From contig OZ024754.1 in NCBI GenBank assembly GCA_964016885.1, forward strand, positions 2,604,001 through 2,668,000: a stretch of 64,000 bases of DNA, given 5' to 3'. This document shows, one piece after another, positions 43,849 through 59,290 of this stretch. Below the pieces are notes generated by a model. The model was not told where the DNA came from. It made no database searches and saw only the letters and a list, made by a program, of their open reading frames with translations. Each line of letters opens with the position of its first letter. The first letter of the stretch is position 1. Source of the stretch: Eledone cirrhosa (lineage: Eukaryota). A program made the translations under genes and the position numbers.

Positions 43849-44136
43849 TGTGTGTATATTTATATATATATATATGACAAAGTATGCTAGGTAAAATTTC
43901 ATTGTCTTTTTATGTTCCTGGAGAGAAAGTAATATATTCATTTAAATTTTAATATTCACATTATATTTTATATGTATATATATATACATACATACATACA
44001 TACATACATACATACATACATACATACATACATGCATACATACATACATACATGCATACATACATACATGCATACATACATGCATACATACATACATGCA
44101 TACATACATACATACATACATACATACATACATACA

Positions 44137-44170
<34 letters not shown>

Positions 44171-44277
44171 CATACATAGATGTGTATGAATGTGTGAGCT
44201 GTCGGAAATAAAAATATGATAGACTCCATATGTGGAGGTGGGATTTTTGAATGAATAACATTATATTAACACCTGAC

Positions 44278-44425
44278 GATGCGTTGCAACAAAGAGTTAC
44301 GGCCCTTTATGGTCTGAGTTCAAATCCCACCGAGGTTAACTTTGCTTTTCATTCTTACAGAGTCGATAAAATAAAGTACCAGTAATACACTGGGATAATT
44401 GCTGGCCTTGTGCCAAAAGTAGAAT
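44278..44425 (+). mobile_element. SINE family 1
   Basis: Core plus B box; attatattaacacc occurs at both flanks. Confidence 0.85.
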
Positions 44426-44474
44426 TTATATTAACACCAATTATATTAACACCTGACACACACACACACACAGT

Positions 44475-44507
<33 letters not shown>

Positions 44508-44604
44508 GTGTATTTATATGCCTGTATGTGTGTGTGTATCAGTGAGTAAATCTGGACACACATATGCCGATGTAGGGGAGGCATTTCTACTCTGCAGCTT
44601 ACAT

Positions 44605-44652
<48 letters not shown>

Positions 44653-44656
44653 ATAA

Positions 44657-45428
<772 letters not shown>

Positions 45429-45764
45429 ATATATAAATATAAACCTGTGTTGTCACTCTACATATGTATTGAGTACTTCATTTGCTGTCGTTACCTCCGA
45501 CTCAATTGCTGTCTTCTACAAGACCTGTAACCTGGCATCAATTCCGATTCTATTTATACAGTCCCCAAACCTCTCAGATATGCACCCTAATGTTCCGATC
45601 ACCACTGGAATCACTAAAATCTCCTTCATCCCGTACAACTTCCATTTCAATCCCCTCTTTCAGTGGTTCCTACTTCATTATCATCATCACCACCACTACC
45701 ACCACCACTTCTCATTCTTGTTATGGTCTTTATCCTTCACTCTACTATTTTCTGTGATAAATCG

Positions 45765-45985
45765 GCAGTCGATCGACTTTCGTCATATCAGACCGAGGAA
45801 ACAATGTTTCCATTGGTCTTTCAAATTGGTATTACTTTTTATCGGCCACAAATCCTGGTAGAAGGGGCAACGTGAAATAAAGCGTCTTGCCCAAGGACAT
45901 AACGCATCGCCCAGTCCGGGAATTGAACTCACAACCTCACAATTGCAAATCCAATTCTCTAACCACTCAGCCATTCGCCTTCACT
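45765..45985 (-). mobile_element. tRNA-derived SINE family 2, near full length
   Basis: Minus strand A box tggctgagtgg, B box gagttcaattccc, body gtccttgggcaagacgctttatttcacgttgc. Confidence 0.85.
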
Positions 45986-46249
45986 AAATATATCGATAAT
46001 TTGGGCCTCTTTTTTATTCTCGTTCAAAACTAAAATCTCTGGCCTTCTTGCCCCAATCGTATTATCGAATTGAATGGTGGGATCCCACAAAAGCTTAAAT
46101 TCGTCATTCTCTATCACCCTTTCTTATCTCTGCTTACCCCATTTAGCTGCTCTGACAAACCCACATATCTCAGATATCATCTAATAGATATATCTTTGCA
46201 ATAGTATCCTGTTGTCTTTTCACCTCTCGCCATATTCAGACTATAGAAT

Positions 46250-46325
46250 AAAAGTTATATTACCAGTAATACACTGGGGTCGATTTAATGAAGTTTCCAA
46301 AATTGTTGGCCTTGTGCCTAAATGA
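46250..46325 (+). mobile_element. SINE family 1 3' fragment
   Basis: taccagtaatacactggggtcgat...ggccttgtgcctaaa. Confidence 0.7.
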
Positions 46326-46989
46326 GAAGCTACCAGCATAACTATTATCATCATCATCATCGTCACCATCTTCACCACATCATCACCACCACCACCACCA
46401 CCATCATCATTATCATCATCACCATCACCACTATCATTACCACCACTATCACCATCATCACCATTATCACTATCATCACCACCATCATCACCATCACCAC
46501 CATCATCACCACCACTACCACCACCACCACCACCATCCCCACTATCACCACCACTACAACCACCACCATCACCACCACCACCACCACCACCATCATCGTC
46601 ATCAACATCAACACTTCGTTAATCATCTGAACACTTCTTCACCAATTAATTGTTCACTGTCACTAGATTTACAATTAGAAATGTCTAATGTTTCTTCATT
46701 ATTCCATATGATACTTATATTATTTTATTTTTACTGATTAACTTATTGATTGATTTATTGATGAGCTGTAATTTTATTTTATTTATTTATATTTCTTTTT
46801 TATTTCTTTGTTGTTTTATTTTTGATTTTATTGGCTGAGATAATTTCAATTAAATTTTATTCAGCTGTAACAAGGTTTTATAAAATTGTTCATTTATTTT
46901 TTAAATTATTTATTCCTTCTTCTTTATTTTATTGTTACTAGCATCGTCATCATCATCATCATCATCATCATCGTACTCATCATCATCAT

Positions 46990-47021
<32 letters not shown>

Positions 47022-47034
47022 TCATCATCACCAC

Positions 47035-47072
<38 letters not shown>

Positions 47073-47073
<1 letters not shown>

Positions 47074-47852
47074 TGTAATATTGTTGTAATATTGTTATAT
47101 TACTGATGTAATATTGTTGTATTGTTGTTGTAATATTGTTGTATTACTGATGTAATATTGTTGTATTACTGATGTAATATTGTTGTATTGCTGTTGTAAT
47201 ATTGTTGTATTACTGATGTAATATTGTTGTATTGCTGTTGTAATATTGTTGTATTGCTGTTGTAATATTGTTGTATTACTGATGTAATATTGTTGTATTA
47301 CTGTTGTAATATTGTTGTATTGCTGATGTAATATTGTTGTATTGCTGTTGTAATATTGTTGTATTGCTGTTGTAATATTGTTGTATTACTGATGTAATAT
47401 TGTTGTATTGCTGTTGTAATATTGTTGTATTACTGATGTAATATTGTTGTATTGCTGTTGTAATATTGTTGTATTGCTGTTGTAATATTGTTGTATTACT
47501 GATGTAATATTGTTGTATTACTGATGTAATATTGTTGTATTGCTGTTGTAATATTGTTGTATTGCTGTTGTAATATTGTTGTATTGCTGTTGTAATATTG
47601 TTGTATTGCTGTTGTAATATTGTTATATTGCTGTTGTAATATTGTTGTATTGCTGTTGTAATATTGTTGTATTGCTGTTGTAATATTGTTGTATTGCTGT
47701 TGTAATATTGTTGTATTACTGATGTAATATTGTTGTATTGCTGTTGTAATATTGTTGTATTGCTGTTGTAATATTGTTGTATTGCTGTTGTAATATTGTT
47801 GTATTGCTGTTGTAATATTGTTGTATTGCTGTTGTAATATTGTTGTATTGTT
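47073..47852. repeat. 22-bp minisatellite, about 35 copies, two main variants
   Basis: gtaatattgttgtattgctgtt and gtaatattgttgtattactgat alternate irregularly. Confidence 0.97.
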
Positions 47853-48249
47853 GTCACCTAATTTTATTTCAATTATTATGTAGCAATATCCTGAAGTATT
47901 TTCTTTTATTATTGTTTATTGTTGCTTCCTTTGTTGCTTTGGTTATTTTGTTGTATTTTTTCGGGGGGGGGGGGGGGGTTATTATAATTATTTTGCAATA
48001 GCTGGTTGAAATCTGTACTTTCGGTTTTGTAAGTTATGTCACCCTTCTTTCTCTATTGAAACACTCCACCCACGACCAGCCCTACCAACAACAGAAAACA
48101 CCCATCTTCATTCCCATCACCTCAGTTTCGCATATTTCATTTCCATGAATCATACATGTACTAATATTCTTTTTCTCTTTACCTCTCTACGTCTTCTCGC
48201 TTAAACTAACCAATTCTCAACGTCTTTTGCTCCACACACACACACACAG

Positions 48250-48305
<56 letters not shown>

Positions 48306-48368
48306 GTTCGGATCTAGCTGTCGAAACGGCCGCAGCTAGGACGTCGGGGTCCTGACTCTTTCCCATTA
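48306..48368 (+). mobile_element. Family A-related single arm
   Basis: gttcggatctagctgtcgaaacggcc...gtcggggtcctgactcttt matches the 36675 variant. Confidence 0.8.
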
Positions 48369-48390
48369 TATAATATAATGTATGTGTGTA

Positions 48391-48454
<64 letters not shown>

Positions 48455-48480
48455 TATACATATATATATATGTATATATA

Positions 48481-48723
48481 TCCAGGGAGGGGAACGTGAT
48501 GTTACTGTAGGTTCACTCAGATGAGCACTCAATGTCTAGATTCACGTCAGTGTTGAGGTGTAGAGCTAAACAGAGTGTAATATAATAATACAAGGACGAT
48601 TTGTTAAGCATTCATTACGTTTATTGATTGGCGACGCGCGTTTCGCTATTGATTAGCTCAAGGTTCGATCTGTATCGATCTGGCCCGACTCTGGAATCAA
48701 TATCTCGTCGGATCTCTGCTGGG
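48481..48723 (-). mobile_element. PLE-like tail insert with partial HHR motif
   Basis: Minus strand: ccttga gcta-atcaa-tagc GAAA cgcgcg TC gccaatcaataaa; the CTGANGA box is degenerate; (TA)n both sides. Confidence 0.6.
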
Positions 48724-48892
48724 TATATATATATATATATAAAGTGACCGAGCGGGTGGAGAGAGATAGAATGAGGAAAGGACAGGCAGAGAAAGAATAT
48801 TGGTATATTTTGAAATCCACCTATAGTTTCATAAACACACACACACACATATATATATACACACACGCACACAGACACACACACATATATAT

Positions 48893-49061
<169 letters not shown>

Positions 49062-49079
49062 ATAGACAGACAGACAGAC

Positions 49080-49171
<92 letters not shown>

Positions 49172-49822
49172 TATACTTATACATAGTCTATCATACCGAT
49201 GGATGGAATATATTATATATTTTCGGTGGACGAAACAGACGAATGAGAAGTTCCTTACGTTGGCGTTACTTGTAAAACGCCTGCAATTGAAACTATACGA
49301 GATAAACATAAATTTCTGAATAAATATATGAAAAAAAAGGAAGATTAGTGGTAAAATTGTCGATTAATCACTAGATGTTTTAACAATTAACTTCTCAAGA
49401 ATGTCTAAAATTCTGTCTTAGTCATCAATTGAAATCACGTTTTTCTATTCATATAAGATTATTTGGTTTGGTTTTGTATATTTTAGTATTTCTTTTCTAC
49501 ACTTTTTTCCTGATATATATTTTTTTCAATCGGTTATTAATTTTTTTTTTTTACTGTTTTTACTTCTCCCATCAATGTATGTGCCAACCAGGCATTTCTA
49601 TTATTCTAAACTTGCATAATATTTCCACCAATTTCAAAATTGTACGCTTCGTTAAATTCTTGTCGATTACACTAATTTGTAGTTCCATAACTAGTCTACA
49701 GCTGGACCGTAGAAAACTGAACAACTTCCCATCGTTTCAACAGGAGATTCATGAGATTTATGTTTAATATCGCCATCTTAGGTCATGCATCACTGAAATT
49801 TATCTATCTGTATAGCAATCTC

Positions 49823-49905
<83 letters not shown>

Positions 49906-49974
49906 TACATACATGCAAATACACACACATATATATGTGTATGTATATATATATATATATATATGTCAAGTAAT

Positions 49975-50125
49975 AATTGTTTCTACTTTTAGGCACAAGG
50001 CCAGTAATTACCCAGTACATTACTGGTACGTTATTTTATCGACCCCGTAAGGATGAAAGGCAAAGTTAACCTCGGCGGGATTTGAACTCAGAATGGCAAG
50101 GGCCGTAACTCTATGCGTCAAGGCA
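49975..50125 (-). mobile_element. SINE family 1, head truncated
   Basis: Core sequence as in the 27453 copy. Confidence 0.9.
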
Positions 50126-50164
50126 TTTGTATATGGGCTACAATTTATGTACAGATGGGAAAGA

Positions 50165-50385
50165 TAGATATAGAGAGGGGGAGAGTTTGGTGGTCATTAA
50201 TAAAGAGGAGTATTGGAAGAGAGTTCCGTGTAGTAGATATAGAGAGGGGGGGAGTTTGGTGCTAATTGATATAGAGAGGGGCATTGGAAGAGAGTTCCGT
50301 GTAGTAGATATAGAGAGGGGGAGAGTTTGGTGCTAATTGATAGAGAGAGGGGGGATTGGGAGAGAGTTCCGTGTAGTAGATATAG
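50165..50385 (+). repeat. 71-72-bp minisatellite, 3 copies
   Basis: gagttccgtgtagtagatat at 50221, 50292 and 50364. Confidence 0.9.
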
Positions 50386-50718
50386 TAGATATATGCATTA
50401 CTGGTACTTCATTTTATCGACCCCGTTAAGATAATAATAATACATATGTCTACGTTTTGCAACAGAACACAAAATATCAACATTAAAAACAAGACAGTAG
50501 TAGCAACAACAACAACAACAGCAACAACAGCAGCAGCAATAACAACAACAACAACAGCAGCAGCAGGAATCTATAGAATGCCGAAATAATTAAGCTAGTA
50601 ATTTCGGAAGCTCAGTGATTGTAAGATAGACGAGGTGAAAACACAATATTGTGGTGAAGATAATGAGAGAGAGAGCTTCCAGCAATGAAAGGAGAATTTA
50701 TGTTAAATATTGTGTAGT

Positions 50719-50753
<35 letters not shown>

Positions 50754-50960
50754 ATGTGTATATGTGTGTGTGTGTGTATAAATGTATATATATATGCCTG
50801 TATTTGTCCGTGTGTGTGTCCCTCTTTCTGTGTCTGTGTAGGTTTGTGTATGTAAACAAGGGAAACAAAATGTACTGCCAGTGTGAAGAGGGTTATGAAG
50901 CACGAAAACTTTGGGCTCTCAAATTACTGGTATAGCTTCGCGCCAATAAGAATTGATTAT

Positions 50961-51074
<114 letters not shown>

Positions 51075-51147
51075 CCAAATATATCTAGTTTAGACTTAGT
51101 TCAATCTTTCAGCTATATATATATACATGTGTACATATATATGTATA

Positions 51148-51194
<47 letters not shown>

Positions 51195-51223
51195 GTATGT
51201 ATATATATATATATATATGTGTG

Positions 51224-51260
<37 letters not shown>

Positions 51261-51794
51261 GTATGTATATATATATATATGTGTGTATGTGTGAAATATA
51301 TATATATACACTAAGTGCCATAAATACAACCCAATATATAACATGAGTTTATATTGCATGTAGCAAAGTAAAATTACAGAATATGAAAGAATGAAATAAT
51401 GGAAAAAAGAAAACAGAATTAAAGATTTATGAAAGATTTGTGGAATGAACGAATAGAAGAACACAAGATAAACAATGATTTGGTTTCGATTTCGTTGAGT
51501 TTCTTCACATTGATATCATTACTTGATATGTTAAACCTGTAGTTCTTTGTTTATTTTGATCTCACAGTAAAGACATGACATTTGCTCTCTTTAAACACTG
51601 ATGATAAACACAACCACAAGAATATGGTCCGAACGTGTAAGAGCAGACCCCCCCCCCCCCCCCACTGTCATCGCCTCCATCCCTCTCGCCCTCTCCATCT
51701 CTCTGTATGGTGAGCAAATGAAGTCCCACTTGCTGGGTCCGAACGTGTAAGAACCGAACTCCCGCTTTTATCGCCTCCATCTCTCTCACCCTCC

Positions 51795-51941
51795 TGGTGA
51801 TAGTTGTCGTGATGATGGTGGTGGAGGTGATGGTTGTTGTTGTTGTTGTGGTGGTTGTTGTTGTGGTGGTGGTGGTGGTGGTGGTGGTGGAGGTGGTGTT
51901 GGTGGTGGAGGTGGTGGTATTGGTAGCAGTAGTAGTAGTTA

Positions 51942-51973
<32 letters not shown>

Positions 51974-52348
51974 TTGCTGGTGGTGGTGGTAGTGATGGTG
52001 ATGGTGGTGGTGATGGTGGTGGTGGTAGTGATGGTGATGGTGGTGATGGTGGTGATGGTGGTGGAGGTGGTGGAGGTAGTGGTAGTAGTGATGGTGGTGG
52101 TGGTGGTGGTGGTGGTGGTGGTGGTGGTGGTGGTGGTGGTGGTAGTAGTAGTTACGATGGTGGTGCTGCTGGTGGTGGTGTTGTTGGTGGAGGTGAAGGT
52201 GGTGGTGATGATTGTGGTGGTGATGATTGTGGTGGTGGTGATGGTTGTGGTGGTGGTGGTGGTGATGGTGGTGGTGGTGGTGGTGGCGGTGGTGGTGGTG
52301 GTGGTGGTGGTGTTGGTAGTAGTAGTAGTTACAATGGTGGTGGTAGTT
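51795..52348. repeat. Cryptic (GGT)n tract
   Basis: Directly visible. Confidence 0.95.
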
Positions 52349-52525
52349 TGGAATATGTAAAAGAATGACTAACCAAAATTCTATAGTACAAAAATATATC
52401 AAATACATAAAAAAAAACATACTACTACTACGTCTACCACTACTACTACTACTATACTACTAATACTACTACTACTACTACTGATAATAATAAAATAATA
52501 ACAGTATTAATAATAGTAATAATAA

Positions 52526-52579
<54 letters not shown>

Positions 52580-52872
52580 ATGGAAATAAATGTATGGAAA
52601 ATCCTGACGAAATTCAAAGACCAAAAACGAAAAAAAAAGGAAAAAAAAACCTTTAAAAAATACATATTAACATAAAAATCTCTCCCAAAACAAACAAACA
52701 CAAAAAAAAACTGCTTAAGTCAACACGAAGAGATGACAAAGTCAGCCATGTTAATAATAATAATAACAATAATAACAATAATAACAATAATAATAGTAAT
52801 AATAATAATAATAACAATAATAATAACAGTAATAATAGTAATAATAATAGTAACAACAACAACAACAACAAT

Positions 52873-52942
<70 letters not shown>

Positions 52943-53558
52943 GTAATAATAATAATAAAAATCATTTTGAAAAGGACTATCGTTGTAGAAATAATCTGGA
53001 ATTTTCCGATATCTCCATTCATTCGGAATATTGGTTAGAATTGAGCAAAGCACGTTTCTTTGGTATGGACTTCGCTAGACGATGTTATATAGATTTCGGC
53101 AATTTCCGCTCCATGCGAACAAGGTATATTTTAATGATGTCAAAACACCATTCGGAACAAACCCTCATTTTCCGGTGGGTAGTGATTGGTTCCGGTGATT
53201 TCCGGTTGGTTCCGGTGGGTAAGATTTAACACATAAAAAGAGAACAAAGTTTAGAGGAAGAGAGAAAGAGAGAAAGAGCGAAAGAGAGAAAAAGAGAAAG
53301 AATTTGTATAGACACGAGTTGGAATTAGTAACTAGATGAAGAGAGGGGAGAGGAGAAGGATGGAAGAAAGAAAGTGTGAGAGAGAGAGAGGAAGAAAGAA
53401 AGAAAGAAGGAAAGAAGAAAACAAATAAAGAAAGAATTTGTAGAAATTTGAGTTAGAATTAGTAACCAGATGAAAAGAGTGAGAGAGGGGGGAGAGAAAG
53501 AGATAGAGAAGGGAGAGAAAGAGAGAGAGAGAATGAAAGAAAGAAAGAAAGAAAGAGA

Positions 53559-53611
<53 letters not shown>

Positions 53612-54960
53612 AAAAGGAAAGAGAAAGAAGCGGACAGAGAGAAACAAGCTGAGGCTGGGGGGGGGGGGGTAGAAAGTAATGGAAAGAAGGATAAGAGTGA
53701 AGGAAAATGAGAGAGATAAAGTGTGTAAGAGAATGAAGAGGGATATTTAGTGCAAAATATAAGGTAGAAATAGAGAAATAGCTTAAAGGGGAGGGGGAGA
53801 TATAGTGATAGAATAACTGGAGAGGTGGGAAGAGAGAGACTAACGTAGAAAAACTGACACATGTACACTCAGACATACTCAGACATACACTCAGACACAC
53901 ACACACACACACACACACTCATACACACTCAGACACACACACACTCAGATACACACTCACCCATACACACTCAGACACACACTCAGACAGACACTCACTC
54001 ATACTCACTCATACACACTCACTTATACACACTCAGACACACATATAGAGATACACATATATAGACATACACATATATAGACATACACATATATATACTT
54101 ACACACATAAACATACATATATATAAACATACACACCTCTAGTCATACCCACATATAGACATACACACATACACACTTAGACATACAGACCTCTAGCCAT
54201 ACATATATATAGACTTACACATATATAGACATACACACCTCTAGCCATACACAACTATAGGCTTACACGCATAAACAGACATATATATAGACATACACAT
54301 ATATAAACATACACACCTCTGGCCATACACTATATAGACATACACTATATAGACATACACACCCCTAGCCATACACTATATAGACATACACACCTCTAGC
54401 TATACACATATATAGACATACACACACATACAGCAACAAATCTACGACGGGGAGGCACAGATGTATGGACAAGCTGACAGATAAAAGATGGTTGTTAGTA
54501 AAAAAAAAAACACCGGATTTCTAAACCTGAACGAAGGTTTCAATTCAAAATGGATGATCACAAGGAAATATTAGTGAATTACCGTAGAAACTTAACAAAT
54601 ATGAATATATTGACGTATGTCAGTCATATATTTACTCTGTTTCCGCTTCCGGTTTATATCTCTCTTGTGATTGGAACATAGAGAATGCCACTTTGATGAA
54701 ATAATTATTCGATGTATATAATTTCTTTCTTCAGTATTCTTTTTCTACTTTCTCTCAATAGGATGCGACCAAAGCCATTTTCTATGGTTTTCAAGTTGTT
54801 TATATCAACCTCACTACATATTTCCGTATGGTACTTATCTTATCGATATCTCTTAATCAATCATGGCGATACACTTTAAACTCTAACATAAAACGACTCA
54901 ATCGGCCTCACCGGTTTACACCGCTAAACATAAATACACAAAGACAGACACGAACCCGGA

Positions 54961-55037
<77 letters not shown>

Positions 55038-55040
55038 GTT

Positions 55041-55154
<114 letters not shown>

Positions 55155-55157
55155 CGC

Positions 55158-55194
<37 letters not shown>

Positions 55195-55218
55195 TATATA
55201 TATATATATATGTGTGCG

Positions 55219-55410
55219 TTTATCCCGGGTTCAATCGGAGGTAACCACAGTAGGTAAGGTACTCAATACATGGCAAAGTATAAATATTTAATATACAAAT
55301 GGCTTCTACAGGACTAGAACTGTTTCATTCGGGGGAAATCATCAGAGCTTTCCTGGTGATTTCCTCTGAATGAAACCGTTCTAGTCCTGACGAAGCCATT
55401 CTAATTTAAA
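55219..55410 (-). mobile_element. Family B fold-back element
   Basis: Tail plus arms about 55290-55345 / 55352-55410. Confidence 0.88.
55301..55351 (-). ncRNA. Variant hammerhead motif (family B)
   Basis: Minus strand: CTGATGA t-ttc-cccc-gaa-t GAAA cag-ttctagtc-ctg TA gaagcc. GUA triplet; weak stems I and II; U-U at the base of stem II. Confidence 0.6.
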
Positions 55411-55460
55411 TATATATATATATCGTCATCATATATATATATATATATGATGACGATGAC

Positions 55461-55491
<31 letters not shown>

Positions 55492-55814
55492 GTGGTGGTT
55501 GCAACTCGATTTCGAATAATCCCATCGCTTGGTACTTAAGCATGAGCATCATAGACGTGGTTTTTTTAGTCCTGGGAGGGACTTGCCTGTGGCCAGCCAT
55601 GTCATGCATCGTAAAAAGATCTCATATATCAATCGACGCCTGTGCTAGAAGCTTTTACCTCAGTACATTGTAGTAAGTAAACATTACTGGTGGATTATAA
55701 TAATCAATAAACCCGTATATGATGATCTTAAACCGACACTAAGGCAGCTGTGATATGATCGCTGCTTAAAATACTTACATCTAGACGCATGTATGTTTAT
55801 TATATATAAATATG

Positions 55815-55915
55815 TCGAGGTTAACTTTGCCTTTCATCCTTACGGGGTCGATAAAATAAAGTACCAGTAATACACTGGGGTAATTGCTGGCCTTGTGCCA
55901 AAAATAGAAACAATT
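55815..55915 (+). mobile_element. SINE family 1 3' half
   Basis: cgaggttaactttgcctttcatccttacggggtcgataaaataaagtacc... Confidence 0.9.
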
Positions 55916-56134
55916 ATATATAAACATGTCATATCAGTTCATAATCACCTTCATATATGCATATTTGTATAAATTCTCATATAGATGCATATATATATAT
56001 CACACACATATATATGTATGTGTATGAGTGTGCGTATGTTAGTATGTATGTATATGTATGTGTGTATATGTATATATGTATATGTATGCGTATATATATA
56101 TATATGTATATGTATGCATGTATGTATATGTATG

Positions 56135-56204
<70 letters not shown>

Positions 56205-56348
56205 ACTATGTATGTATATGTATATGTATTATATGTATATGTATATGTACACGTATATGTATGTACATGTATATGTATGTGTGTATTTGTATCTATATGT
56301 ACATGTATATGTATGTATATGTATGTGCATATACATATGTATATGTAA

Positions 56349-56468
<120 letters not shown>

Positions 56469-56616
56469 ATATATATACACACACACTGACTGTGATATCG
56501 AAAATAAGAAAACAGACATATCAAGAAATTAATAGAAAATGAAAGAACAAAATGAAATATATTGAAGATAGGAACGGGGAAGAGAGAGAGAACGAGAGTG
56601 AGAGAGAGAGGGAGAT

Positions 56617-56699
<83 letters not shown>

Positions 56700-57731
56700 T
56701 TGATACGAAGATATAATCTGATAGACATAACGTATATAAAGATATAATCAGCAGCTAGCTAGAATGAAAAGATGTAAAAATTGGGAACAAGCTTGTCATC
56801 TGCTTCTCTCTCTTCCCCCCTCATCCTTTAAAGATTACTGTTTTAAGAGATGCTATAGTTTCATTGCCCGACTTGTCGAAACAATCAACTGCAAATCTTA
56901 CAGCAATCACAAATGTCAAATTAAGTTAGACCTTAAAGATAGAAGCAATATGGCGCGTTGCAATTCTCCTATCTCTTTACTTTACGCTAAATAATCGTTG
57001 CTTAAGGAGTCACACGTGCTTTTTTTTATCCCCTAGAGTCTGCTTTATATCTATTCTACATTTCTCATTACTTTTCTTTTTTCTCTATTTTTCTTGTTCC
57101 TATTACAATTTTTACCTTTATTTTATTCCATTCTCTTGCTAATTACCGTTGTTTTATCTGCTTTTTTTTCATTTATTTAATTACAATGAAAATATTATTG
57201 TTTAATTGTTAAAACAAAATATATCCAGCTATCGAGGGGTTTTTTCTCGTTTTTTGTTTGTTTTTACTTAAAGATAACCCCACCCCCTCCCTTCCCCTAA
57301 AGTCTTACAGGTATAGAATGGATTTCGAGGTTTTCTTGATACTGAAATGAATGATCCACATATTTAATGTTTCCAAATACTCTTCCAACTAGTTGACCAT
57401 GGTATCCTGCACTGCTACATGAAATGGTTTAACATAGGGGCTGCAATCAGGGCTAAATACTGCTCAATAATGGTTGGAACAAAGAAACAAACATTTTAAG
57501 AATAACAACAACAGTATCAACAACAACAACAACAACAACAGCAGTCTCAACACCACCACAAACAACAACAACAACAACAGCAACAACAACAGCAAAGAAA
57601 CAAGCATTTCAACAACCTCAACATCAGGAAATAGTAAAACAAAATCCAAAAGAACTCCATCTTTGCTACAACGTCAAAAACATTTCAACGAAAAAAAAAA
57701 AAACTACCTGAACAACAACAACAACTACCTG

Positions 57732-57771
<40 letters not shown>

Positions 57772-58147
57772 GCAACAACAGCAACAACAATATCAATAAT
57801 AAAACAACAATAAGAAGACAACACTAACAACATCTACAACATCAACAATAAAACGACAACGACAACAACTAGAACACCATCAATAACAAAAATAACAATA
57901 AAAACACACTAACAACTACAACAACAACAACATCAACAATAAAACAACAATAACAACAACAATATTATCAACAATAAGAAAAACCTTGCACGATAACACA
58001 CCCACCCTCACCCTCACTCCGCCACCCTCCTCTCTCTAAAAAAGGGGCAGAAGACCAATTACCGTAATGGAAGCAATAGTGAAAAATGTCGTTAACGTTA
58101 AAAATGCAACAGAGCTCTTTTGGTATTCCGAAAGGAGTTTAAAAGAC

Positions 58148-58570
58148 AATGTGCAACGACTGCACATGCTGTTTAAGAGAGTTCAACGATTGCACATGCT
58201 GTTTAGAAGTGTGCAAAGGCTGCACATGCTGTTTAAAAGTGTGCAACGGCTACATATGCTGTTTAGAAGTGTGCAACGATTGCATATGCTGTTTAGAAGT
58301 GTGCAACGGCTGCACATGCTGTTTAGAAGAGTGCAACGACTGCAAATGCTGTTTAAAAGGCAATGTGCAACGTGTGCACATGCTGTTTAGAAGTGTGCAA
58401 CGACTGCACACGTTGTTTAAAAGTGTGCAACAACTGCACATGCTGTTTAGAAGTGTGCAACGGCTGTACATGCTGTTTAGAACAGTGCAACGACTGTACT
58501 TGCTATTTAGAAAAGTGCAATGGCTGCACATGTAGGTTTAAAAGAGTGCACCGACTGCACATGTTGTTTC
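58148..58570. repeat. 30-bp minisatellite, about 14 copies
   Basis: Unit gtgcaacgactgcacatgctgtttagaagt. Confidence 0.95.
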
Positions 58571-58674
58571 TTTAATTATATTGCACAGATGCAATCGCTA
58601 ATGTCTTTAAGTTGACGTTTTAAACAGATTTCTAGCAATGGTGCCACATTGCTAGTTCTGATTAACTAACGACG

Positions 58675-59290
58675 TTGGTGGTGGTGGTGGTGCTGGTGCG
58701 GGGGGGGGCTAGCTGGTGGTGGTGGTGGGAAGAAGTGCTGGGTAGTGGTGGTGGGGTAGAGTGGTAGTTGTGGTGGTGGCAGTGGCGGAGGTGGAGGAGT
58801 TGGTGGTGGTGGTGGTGGTCGTCGGGGTGGTGGTGGTGGTGGTGGTGCTGGTGGGGGGGGGGGGGGGCTAGCTGGTGGTGGTGGTGGTGGGAAGAAGTGC
58901 TGGGTAGTGGTGGTGGGGTAGAGTGGTAGTTGTGGTGGTGGTAGTGGCGGAGGTGGAGGAGTTGGTGGTGGTGGTGGTGGTGGTCGGGGTGGTGGTGGTG
59001 CTGGTGGTGGGGGGGGGGGGGGGGGGGGGCTAGCTGGTGGTGGTGGTGGTGGGAAGAAGTGCTGGGTAGTGGTGGTGGGGTAGAGTGGTAGTTGTGGTGG
59101 TGGCAGTGGCGGAGGTGGAGGAGTTGGTGGTGGTGGTGGTGGTGGTGGTGCTGGGGGGGGGGGGGGCTAGCTGGTGGTGGTGGTGGTGGGAAGAAGTGCT
59201 GGGTAGTGGTGGTGGGGTAGAGTGGTAGTTGTGGTGGTGGCAGTGGCGGAGGTGGAGGAGTTGGTGGTGGTGGTGGTGATGATGGCAGTA
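58675..59290. repeat. G-rich tandem repeat, 4 units of about 137-162 bp
   Basis: gctagctggtggtgg...gggaagaagtgctgggtagtgg at about 58708, 58867, 59029 and 59166; units differ in poly-G and (GGT)n length. Confidence 0.92.

Noticed and set aside
45765-45800. HHR-like ctgatatgacgaaagtcgatcgact in the SINE family 2 tail (minus strand)
   Set aside because: No proper CTGANGA box or stem II, and the homologous copy near 2600 does not keep the core.
53090-54680. Clusters of ttccgg / gattgg / tgacgt as a promoter
   Set aside because: Short motifs with no associated gene start; equally consistent with a repeat fragment.
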